The position numbers and the translations under genes are program-made. From assembly GCA_002387735.1 (NCBI GenBank), contig DGKJ01000120.1, positions 1 through 56,219 of the forward strand: a stretch of 56,219 bases of DNA, in the 5' to 3' direction. Shown here one piece after another: positions 39,142 through 47,136 of the stretch (positions are counted from its first letter, which is position 1; every line of letters begins with the position of its first letter). The stretch comes from Bacteriovoracaceae bacterium UBA4573. GTDB lineage: Bacteria > Bdellovibrionota > UBA1018 > UBA923. The notes beneath the pieces were generated by a model. That model was not told where the DNA came from, made no database searches, and saw only the letters and a list, made by a program, of their open reading frames with translations.

Positions 39142-40152
39142 TTAAATGTTGTAGTATCCTCTGTACCAATGAATGAATCGGCTTATGCCTTCTTCTAATG
39201 GAACTCGGGGCGAGTAACCCAGTTCGAGTTTCGATTCGGAAATATCCGCCTCCGTAACTTCGAGATCCCCGGGTTGGAGTGGTTTTAATAGCTTTATGGC
39301 TTTTTTTCCGACGCGCTCTTCGATCTGCTGTATATATTTCAAAAGCTCGACAGGTTTGTTGCCGCCAATATTATAGATTTTAAAAGCAGCGCTACTAGAA
39401 GCCGGATCGGCTACGGTCCTGTCCCAGTCTGGGTTTGGAGCTGGGGGCGGTGTTTCAATGACCTTTAGTATCGAATCAACTACGTCGTCGATATAAGTGA
39501 AATCTCTACGGTGGCGGCCCTCGTTAAACACTTCGATCGGTTCTCCCGCTAGGATATTTTTAGTAAATGTGAAGAAAGACATGTCTGGTCTACCCCATGG
39601 ACCGTAGACAGTGAAAAATCGAAGACCAGTAGAGGGAATTCCAAAAAGGTGACTATAGTTATGAGCCATTAGCTCATTCGAGCGCTTAGTTGCGGCATAT
39701 AGTGAAATCGGGTGACTCGCATGATCATGAATTGAGAACGGAAGTTTTGAGTTAAGCCCGTAGACCGAACTAGTAGAAGCATATATTAGGTGCTTAACTG
39801 GATGGGTTCGGCAGGCCTCTAAGATATTTAAAAAGCCTACGATATTAGACTGAATATACGAGTGGGGGTGAGAGATCGAATATCTAACCCCGGGTTGCGC
39901 AGCTAAATGGACGACGATATCAGGACGCTCTGTTTTGAAAATATCCAACACGGCGGCTGAATCCGAAATGTCAACGATCAAAACCTGAAGTCGTTTGCGT
40001 TCGCCCAGGCTAGCCAAACGAGCCTTCTTGAGCGTCGGATCGTAATATTGGCTCAGATTGTCGATCCCAACAATGCTTAGATCTTTTTCGAGAAGAGCTT
40101 TGGCAACCGAAAAGCCAACAAATCCTGCGACTCCGGTGACGAGAACTTTCAT
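39142..40152 (-). CDS. NAD-dependent epimerase, UDP-glucuronate 4-epimerase (Cap1J/WbgU-like)
   Basis: VTGVAGFVG, YYDPTLK.AR, HLAAQ.GVRYS, ASTSSVYG, SLYAATK, LRFFTVYGPWGRPDM, RDFTYIDD, G..RF..WY. Confidence 0.92.
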   Translation of the reverse strand: MKVLVTGVAGFVGFSVAKALLEKDLSIVGIDNLSQYYDPTLKKARLASLGERKRLQVLIVDISDSAAVLDIFKTERPDIVVHLAAQPGVRYSISHPHSYIQSNIVGFLNILEACRTHPVKHLIYASTSSVYGLNSKLPFSIHDHASHPISLYAATKRSNELMAHNYSHLFGIPSTGLRFFTVYGPWGRPDMSFFTFTKNILAGEPIEVFNEGRHRRDFTYIDDVVDSILKVIETPPPAPNPDWDRTVADPASSSAAFKIYNIGGNKPVELLKYIQQIEERVGKKAIKLLKPLQPGDLEVTEADISESKLELGYSPRVPLEEGISRFIHWYRGYYNI

Positions 40153-40216
40153 TCGGCATATTTACGCTATTTTGATGGACATTCAAAATTCATTTTTAAT
40201 ATGAATACATATATTT

Positions 40217-42400
40217 ATGAACAAAGACGTTAAATTTGCCCTTATTGGAAATGGCCGCGTTGCTTCTCGTCATATCGAAGCGCTTACTAAGAGAATCAGT
40301 GGTGGGCAATTGGTCGCCGTTTGTGATTCCAACCCCTCCCGCTTGGAAGACAAGCGATCCTTTGGTGATCGTGTCGAAGTCTTCAATTCCAGTGCGGACC
40401 TTTATGGTTGGGGCAAATTCGATGTTGCGGCGATTGCTACTCCCAGTGGTGATCATTACGAGCATGCGAAAGAGGCTATTTTAGCTGGAAAGCATGTCGT
40501 AGTTGAAAAACCCGTCGCGCTACGCATTGAACATGCGAATGAGCTAATTTTACTGGCTGAGAGAAACAACGTAAAAGCGTGGGTTATTCACCAAAACAGG
40601 TACAATCCAGCCATTTTAAAAACGAAAGAAGCGATCGAGCGAGGGCGATTAGGTACAAAGGTGCTTGCAACAGTGCGGGTGAGATGGTGTCGAAACGCCG
40701 AGTATTATACTCAAGATAATTGGCATGGGCGTTGGGCTTCGGATGGCGGAGTTATATCACAACAGGCGATTCACCACTTAGATGCGTTGCGTTGGCTTTT
40801 CGGGGATGTAGAAAGCGTCGAAGCTGTTTGTCGAACTCGGCTAGCTCCAATGGAGTGTGACGATTTAACTATAGCGACGATGAGTTTCAAAAATGGTGCG
40901 TTGGGAATTGTGGAAGCGACGACCGCCACTCGTCCGAGAGATCTAGAAGCGTCTTTGTCGTTGTTGGGCGAACAGGGAACGATAGTGCTAGGTGGAATCG
41001 CCATGAACACCATTCAGACGTGGGAGTTTACTGCCCCTGGTGATGGAGATTCAGATGTCCCCCAACGATATTCTCAGGTAATTCCCAGTGCCTATGGTTT
41101 AGGCCACGATGTTCTTTATCAAAAGGTGGTGGATTCAATTGTTGATGGAGCTCCAATTGAAGTTTCTTTAGACGAGGGAAAGAAAACATTAGAAATTGTG
41201 CACGCACTTTATGCAAGCAACGAACTGGGACGGCGAGTAAAACTAGATGAGGGCCTTAGTTCTGCAAAACTGGGAGTTCGAACTTTAGGGAAAAATGAAC
41301 CTGGAAAAGCCCACAAAGAACTTCAATTAGTTCAGAAAAATATCTCAAATCAACTTCCGGAATTTTCTAAGAATATTGTTAATTTCGCTGGAATTATAGG
41401 GGAATCTCCGTCTCTTTTTGCGAAAAGTCCCTTAATTTGGAATTCGGTATTTGAAAAATTAAGCTTCCAAGCTTCTTACGCTTCGTTTGACGTGCCTAAA
41501 TCGGAAAACTTAGCCGCATTAGTAGACACGCTGCGAAATTCTTCGTTTTATTTGGGTGGGAGTGTCACGATGCCATACAAAATTGGCATAATGAAATATC
41601 TTGATGAAGTCGATCCTACTGCGCGTGCAATTGGTGCTGTTAACACTATTGTACGAACTAAAAACGGAAAATTAGTAGGGTATAATACGGACGGGATAGG
41701 TGGAGTCGAGTCGATTAAAAAGGGAGGCGTAGAGCTCGCAAATGCTAGAACGCTATTAATTGGAGCCGGTGGAGCTGCTCGATCGCTCGCATTCTGTATC
41801 GCGAAAGCCTCTCGTTCGGGAAAACTTTGGATTACCAATCGGACAGAAGAAAAAGCATTAACTTTGGTAAAAGACTTAAAACGAGAATTTAATAATGTGG
41901 ATTTTATCCCATTCGAAGAAATTGCAGAGATATTACCGCAATTGCAATTGCTGGTGAATGCCTCCACCGTGGGTCAAAGTGGCCTTCAAAAAAATGCTAA
42001 AGGCGACTTTGTAAATCTGGGACCTTTCTCCCCTCTTTCTCGTGTGGAACCCCCTAGCTTGATGGTGCAGGGCAGTGTTTCAAATCCTGAGATTGAACGC
42101 GAACTTCTTTCCAGCTCGTTGGATTCGATTATGAAGAATTCAGAAGAATCACTGAAACGGTGTTTATTGCTAAATCGGCAAGCAATTGTATTCGATGCAG
42201 TATATTCACCACTAGAGACTGTATTTTTGGCGCACTCAAGGCAGACAGGTCATAAGACCATTAATGGAAAAATGATGAATATTTTTCAGGCTGCTGACGC
42301 CATGTTTAATAAGGTTTTCCATGAGTACTTGTCTAGTCGAGGGTTGTGGACCGAGACTACCTACAAAAAAATTGTCGATCAGATGCAGCTCGTCTGGTGA
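40217..42400 (+). CDS. Fusion: Gfo/Idh/MocA sugar-nucleotide dehydrogenase (WlbA/WbpB-like) plus shikimate dehydrogenase (AroE)-like domain
   Basis: aa 1-~353: IGNGRVA, TPSGDH, VVEKP, QNRYNP, WHG.W..DGG....QAIH. aa ~390-727: KSP, VTMPYK, IGAVNT, GYNTD, IGAGGAAR, NRT, FDAVY.P, G..M...QA. Confidence 0.88.
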   Translation: MNKDVKFALIGNGRVASRHIEALTKRISGGQLVAVCDSNPSRLEDKRSFGDRVEVFNSSADLYGWGKFDVAAIATPSGDHYEHAKEAILAGKHVVVEKPVALRIEHANELILLAERNNVKAWVIHQNRYNPAILKTKEAIERGRLGTKVLATVRVRWCRNAEYYTQDNWHGRWASDGGVISQQAIHHLDALRWLFGDVESVEAVCRTRLAPMECDDLTIATMSFKNGALGIVEATTATRPRDLEASLSLLGEQGTIVLGGIAMNTIQTWEFTAPGDGDSDVPQRYSQVIPSAYGLGHDVLYQKVVDSIVDGAPIEVSLDEGKKTLEIVHALYASNELGRRVKLDEGLSSAKLGVRTLGKNEPGKAHKELQLVQKNISNQLPEFSKNIVNFAGIIGESPSLFAKSPLIWNSVFEKLSFQASYASFDVPKSENLAALVDTLRNSSFYLGGSVTMPYKIGIMKYLDEVDPTARAIGAVNTIVRTKNGKLVGYNTDGIGGVESIKKGGVELANARTLLIGAGGAARSLAFCIAKASRSGKLWITNRTEEKALTLVKDLKREFNNVDFIPFEEIAEILPQLQLLVNASTVGQSGLQKNAKGDFVNLGPFSPLSRVEPPSLMVQGSVSNPEIERELLSSSLDSIMKNSEESLKRCLLLNRQAIVFDAVYSPLETVFLAHSRQTGHKTINGKMMNIFQAADAMFNKVFHEYLSSRGLWTETTYKKIVDQMQLVW

Positions 42401-42435
42401 TCACCGGTTAACGAAAGAAGTGATTTTTAAAAAAC

Positions 42436-43449
42436 ATGAATAAAAGACGCATTGCTCTTTCGGTAGACCACCAATTGTGCTCGGGAGATAACCAACTCAA
42501 TTCCCCTGTAATTCTCATGACCGGAACAGCCAGGGCTGGAAAAACCACGTTGGGTCGAATTATGGGTTCCTGCAAGAATGTGGAGTTTTTTGACGAACCC
42601 TGGATGTTGATGACGCTCATTATCTCAGCGGGGCTCTCCTTAATCGATCGTAATCTGGCGATCGGAATGTTTAAAACCTATTTTTATGAGCTAATTAACG
42701 ATCGCATTCTAATGCGAGCTGTCAGTTTTCGACCCACTGATTTAAGTTACATTGGGCATCAAAAAGCACCCGAAGAAATTAAAAATCGAATGCTTAAGTT
42801 GCATAGCCGCAATGACGTTCGAAAGTATATTTTGGAAAAAAAAACGGTCATAGTATTAAATCTCACCGACACGACGCCATATTTAAGTCTTTTGAAAGAG
42901 ATCTTTCCAGATAGCCCCATTATTCATGTTTTTAGTCCGGGTTATTGCGTGGCGAAGGAAACCACCCTAAAGGGATGGTACACCGATTCGGAACTAAAGA
43001 GGCCTACCCACGGGCAGCTCTATCGGCCCGTTTCGATATCTAAATCCAACAGAAATAATAAAAGATACTTTCACTTTTGGGTGCGACCGGGCGATGAGCA
43101 AGAATTTCTTAAGCGTTCCGAATTTGCTCGGGGACTTTATTATTGGCGTCGAATAATTGAAATGAGCAAACTGCCAAAAGTGAGTGTCAAAAATGATTCA
43201 AAATTGATCTCGTTTAATTTTTACGATGCACTTAATGATCCAAAACGAATCAGGTCATTGTTAAAAAAGATGAATTTTAAACCGACTCAACGAACTCAAA
43301 CCCTGTTTCATAATCTGACCCCGCCTAATTTAAATATTACTAATTCCGAAATAAAAAGTGTTTCAGCAGGTGATTGGGATTCAATCGAAAATTTGCATCG
43401 GCAGCTCGGCATTTCGGAACTATTATCCGACAGTGTTCTTAGGAGATAA
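42436..43449 (+). CDS. Sulfotransferase-like P-loop protein
   Basis: ILMTGTARAGKTTL resembles the 5'-PSB loop; FDEP motif follows. The 3'-PB Arg is not evident (IIHVFSP). Confidence 0.55.
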   Translation: MNKRRIALSVDHQLCSGDNQLNSPVILMTGTARAGKTTLGRIMGSCKNVEFFDEPWMLMTLIISAGLSLIDRNLAIGMFKTYFYELINDRILMRAVSFRPTDLSYIGHQKAPEEIKNRMLKLHSRNDVRKYILEKKTVIVLNLTDTTPYLSLLKEIFPDSPIIHVFSPGYCVAKETTLKGWYTDSELKRPTHGQLYRPVSISKSNRNNKRYFHFWVRPGDEQEFLKRSEFARGLYYWRRIIEMSKLPKVSVKNDSKLISFNFYDALNDPKRIRSLLKKMNFKPTQRTQTLFHNLTPPNLNITNSEIKSVSAGDWDSIENLHRQLGISELLSDSVLRR

Positions 43450-43454
43450 TTTTA

Positions 43455-44387
43455 ATGAAAGATCAAGATCTAGTAAGAAAGTATTTTAGGGAAAACGCAA
43501 ACACCTGGATTCAGGATGCCTACCTTAATAAGGGACATACTTATTCAATGGGCGAGGCCCGCAATCGGCGCGTGCTTTCAGTTTTATCCGAGCGATTTAG
43601 AAACGAACCGATACAGGTAGTAGATCTGGGTTGTGGAGGTGGAAATCTATGTCGTGAAATCTCGGCGCAAGGATACTATGCAGTAGGAGTAGATCAATCT
43701 CCCACGATGATTGCTGAAGCTCGCAAGTCGCTAGAGACACTAGCTCCAGACCAAAGGAAGCGAATTCGATTCGAAGAAAAAAACATTCTAAATAATTCGC
43801 TCGATGCCGGAAAATTTAACGCATTAACTTCTATGGGAGTTTTAGGGTACTTAGAAAGCGACGAACTGTTTTTTTCCGAAGCGAACCGATTGTTAGCTGA
43901 TGATGGCTTGCTTTTAGTGTCGGCAAGAAACCGGTTATTCAATATGATTAGCATAAGCGACTACACCGTGAAGGAGATTGAATCAGGAGGAGCAAAGGAG
44001 CTCGTCGAAGAGATTAAAGAATACATTCAGCCACTCCCAGATGAAGATGTATCCAAATTTTTAAAAGCAATTTCTCAAATAAGTGCTCAACTTTTAAACG
44101 AACCAATTCAACAATCTGAACGTAAGGACTCGCTTTCGACTTATTCAGTTCCAATTGAAGCGCGTCAACATACACCGCGCCAGTTGAAGCGCGTTGCTGA
44201 AAAATATGGATTCGAGTTTAAGAAATTTTTTGGTGTTCATCCGCATTTAATGATGGCCGGCCTTAACTACAAAATGACTCCTGGCATATATAATCGACTT
44301 TCATCTGCTCTTGAGGAGTTAGCTCATTTGCCGTCGAGTGTTATATGGAGCTCAGTTTTGATAGGTGTTTTTTCGAAAAAAGCGTAG
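43455..44387 (+). CDS. Class I SAM-dependent methyltransferase
   Basis: VVDLGCGGG, GVDQSP.MI, FNALTSMGVLGY, L.DDG.L.VS. Confidence 0.88.
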   Translation: MKDQDLVRKYFRENANTWIQDAYLNKGHTYSMGEARNRRVLSVLSERFRNEPIQVVDLGCGGGNLCREISAQGYYAVGVDQSPTMIAEARKSLETLAPDQRKRIRFEEKNILNNSLDAGKFNALTSMGVLGYLESDELFFSEANRLLADDGLLLVSARNRLFNMISISDYTVKEIESGGAKELVEEIKEYIQPLPDEDVSKFLKAISQISAQLLNEPIQQSERKDSLSTYSVPIEARQHTPRQLKRVAEKYGFEFKKFFGVHPHLMMAGLNYKMTPGIYNRLSSALEELAHLPSSVIWSSVLIGVFSKKA

Positions 44388-44400
44388 AATCAAACAGCTC

Positions 44401-45579
44401 ATGAAAACAAAACGGAAAATCTGCATAGTGACTGGATCGCGCGCTGAATATGAGCTCCTGCGCCCACTAGTTAGAGAGGTACAGTCTGATCCGACGTTGA
44501 TATGCAAATTGGTCGTCACGGGAATGCATTTAAGTCCGGAGTATGGCCTTACTTACAAGCAAATCGAAGCAGATGGTTTCAGAATTGATGCAAAAATTGA
44601 AATGCTACTTTCTAGCAATACCGAAACCAGTATTACTAAATCTGTCGGGTTGGGCGTCTTTGGATTTGCGTCAACTTACGAAAAAATAAAGCCCGATCTA
44701 GTGGTATTATTGGGAGACAGGTTTGAAATTTTGGCTGCAGCACAAGCCGCAATGTTTATGAAGGTGCCCATCGCTCATATTCATGGCGGGGAACTTACTG
44801 AAGGGTTGGTTGATGATTCAATTCGCCATTCGATCACTAAAATGGCGCTTTTGCATTTTTCAGCCACTGAAACCTATCGAAAACGTATTGTGCAATTAGG
44901 AGAGGACCCGAGGAGGGTTTTTAACTTCGGCGCCATTGGAGTAGATAATGCATTAGCGTCGAGTCTTCTTTCTCGGAAGCAATTCGAAAAGAAAATTAAC
45001 TTTAATCTCGGGCAGATAAATTTTTTAGTGACTTACCATCCGGTAACTCTAGAAGAGACAGACAATAAAAAGGGAATTAAAGCCCTTTTAAGTGCGCTCG
45101 ATCATTTTCCTTCCTCGCACATTATTTTTACCCGAGCGAATGCCGATGCAGGCGGTAAGGAAATTAATTTAGCGATCGAAAGTTATTTAAAAAAAATAGG
45201 GCCTCGCGCGATTCTGTTGACGTCTATGGGTCAGGAAAATTACTTTTCCGCTATTAGTTTAGTCGATGCCGTAATTGGTAATTCCTCGAGCGGTATTATC
45301 GAAGTACCTGCCTTTAACAAGCCGACCGTAAATATAGGAGAGCGGCAGCGGGGGCGCGAAATGGGAGCCTCCGTATTAAGCTGTAAAGAACAGACTGCTG
45401 ATATAGTTAAAAGTATTAAAGTCGCCTTAAGTGGGAATTTTAAAAATCGCTTATGCCAAGGGGACTCGCCCTATGGTCATGGCGGAGTAGCCACTAAGAT
45501 TAAAAACGTATTAAAGCGCACGCACCTCAAGGGTGCTCTTATGAAGAAATTTTATGACGTATCTTTCAAATACGAATAG
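44401..45579 (+). CDS. neuC: Hydrolysing NDP-HexNAc 2-epimerase (NeuC/LegG family)
   Basis: VTGSRAEY, TGMHLSPEYG, LGDRFE, HIHGGE, DDSIRHSITK, TYHP, NAD.GG, GNSSSGIIE.P, NIGERQ.GR. Start ATG 44401. Confidence 0.95.
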   Translation: MKTKRKICIVTGSRAEYELLRPLVREVQSDPTLICKLVVTGMHLSPEYGLTYKQIEADGFRIDAKIEMLLSSNTETSITKSVGLGVFGFASTYEKIKPDLVVLLGDRFEILAAAQAAMFMKVPIAHIHGGELTEGLVDDSIRHSITKMALLHFSATETYRKRIVQLGEDPRRVFNFGAIGVDNALASSLLSRKQFEKKINFNLGQINFLVTYHPVTLEETDNKKGIKALLSALDHFPSSHIIFTRANADAGGKEINLAIESYLKKIGPRAILLTSMGQENYFSAISLVDAVIGNSSSGIIEVPAFNKPTVNIGERQRGREMGASVLSCKEQTADIVKSIKVALSGNFKNRLCQGDSPYGHGGVATKIKNVLKRTHLKGALMKKFYDVSFKYE

Positions 45580-46471
45580 GTTAAGAATTGTTGTAATGGG
45601 GTGTGTTGATTTTAGTTACACTCTTTTGGAAACATTGTTAAATCTGAATATCAACGGCGTCTCAATTGTTGGGGTGGTAACAAAAAGCGCATCGTCCTTT
45701 AATTCTGATTTTCGAAACCTTAGTCCGATTGCCGAAAAACATGAAATTCCGGTTTATTTCTGGGATAAGTTTAAACAAGCTGATTTCAATCTTTGGCTTA
45801 AAGAAATGAAGCCGGATCTACTTTATTGTTTTGGATGGTCCAACCTCTTAAACGAAGAAATATTACAGATCCCCCTTCGTGGAACTGTCGGATATCATCC
45901 TGCGAAACTGCCACAGAATCGTGGTAGGCACCCAATCATTTGGTCACTCGTGTTGGGATTAACTAGAACTGCATCGACTTTTTTTATGATGAGTCAAGAC
46001 GCAGACAGCGGACCGATAATTTCGCAAGTGGATGTCGATATAAGCGAAAGTGACGACGCAAGGTTACTTTATGAAAGTTTAAAAAAAGTAGCTTGTATTC
46101 AGGTGGTAGAGATTACGAAGGCGTTTCTTTACGGAAGTATTGAGATGCGCCAGCAGAATTCCCATAGTGCAAATTACTGGAGAAAGCGTACGAAAGAAGA
46201 TGGAAAAATTGATTGGAGAATGAGCGCCGAAAACATTCGCAATTTAGTACGGGCTTTGTCACGCCCCTATGTTGGCGCTCATTGTCAATATGGAACATCC
46301 GAAGTTAAGATTTGGAAAGTGCAATCAGTTGATTGCGATTTGATTAACATTGAGCCTGGAAAAGTGTTAAAAATCGACACGACAGGAATATTAGTTAAAT
46401 GTGGTGTTGGTGCACTAAACATCATTGAACATGAATTTCCGTCGGGACTGGCGGTAGGGGATTATTTATGA
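45554..46471 (+). CDS. Sugar-nucleotide N-formyltransferase (Fmt-like fold)
   Basis: FGWS, GYHPAKLP..RGRHPIIW, AD.GPII, RAL.RPY.GA; located in the glycan operon. Confidence 0.85.
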   Translation: MTYLSNTNRLRIVVMGCVDFSYTLLETLLNLNINGVSIVGVVTKSASSFNSDFRNLSPIAEKHEIPVYFWDKFKQADFNLWLKEMKPDLLYCFGWSNLLNEEILQIPLRGTVGYHPAKLPQNRGRHPIIWSLVLGLTRTASTFFMMSQDADSGPIISQVDVDISESDDARLLYESLKKVACIQVVEITKAFLYGSIEMRQQNSHSANYWRKRTKEDGKIDWRMSAENIRNLVRALSRPYVGAHCQYGTSEVKIWKVQSVDCDLINIEPGKVLKIDTTGILVKCGVGALNIIEHEFPSGLAVGDYL

Positions 46472-47136
46472 AAGATATCGTAGTAATTGCTCCGCACGCC
46501 GACGACGAGACATTGGGCTGTGGAGGAACACTTCTTCGGCATAAGCAACTGGGAGATAGAATTCATTGGGTATTGATTACTTCGATGAATAAAGATTCGG
46601 GCTATAGTTCACAACAAATTAAAACTCGAAACGATCAGATCGCCAGTGTGAAGGCAGAGTATGGATTTAGTACGTTTAACAATTTAGGTTTTTCCCCTTC
46701 AAAACTCGACGCGACGCCGTTATCGGAAGTAATTAATTCCTTACGGTCCGTATTTGAACAAATTCGTCCGCATACAGTTTATACCCCATTCGAGGGGGAT
46801 GCCCATACAGATCATATGGTTACATTTAAAGCCGTGAATGCTTGTGTGAAGTCATTCAGATCCAGCTCAGTCTCGCGGGTCCTGGCATATGAAACAATTT
46901 CCGAAACGGATAGTAATCTCTCGACCATTGGTGGTTCTTTCAGACCTAACGTGTTCTGTGACATAGGGAACCACCTAGATAGAAAAATGCGAATTATGAA
47001 CATCTACGAATCGGAACTTGAGCCCTTTCCATTTCCTCGAAGTCTCGTCGCGATCAAGGCCTTGGCGGAATTAAGGGGGGTATCGGCTCGTGCGAAAGCT
47101 GCAGAAGCTTTTGTTCTTCTTAAAGAGATTTTCTAG
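46468..47136 (+). CDS. PIG-L/LmbE family N-deacetylase
   Basis: IAPHADDETLGCGG, D.H.DH, YET.SET, K...M..Y.SE..PFP.PRS, AEAF. Confidence 0.9.
   Translation: MKDIVVIAPHADDETLGCGGTLLRHKQLGDRIHWVLITSMNKDSGYSSQQIKTRNDQIASVKAEYGFSTFNNLGFSPSKLDATPLSEVINSLRSVFEQIRPHTVYTPFEGDAHTDHMVTFKAVNACVKSFRSSSVSRVLAYETISETDSNLSTIGGSFRPNVFCDIGNHLDRKMRIMNIYESELEPFPFPRSLVAIKALAELRGVSARAKAAEAFVLLKEIF

Noticed and set aside
45554-46471. Housekeeping methionyl-tRNA formyltransferase (fmt)
   Set aside because: No def/rsmB context and divergent motifs; it is coupled to neuC and a PIG-L deacetylase, so a sugar formyltransferase fits better.
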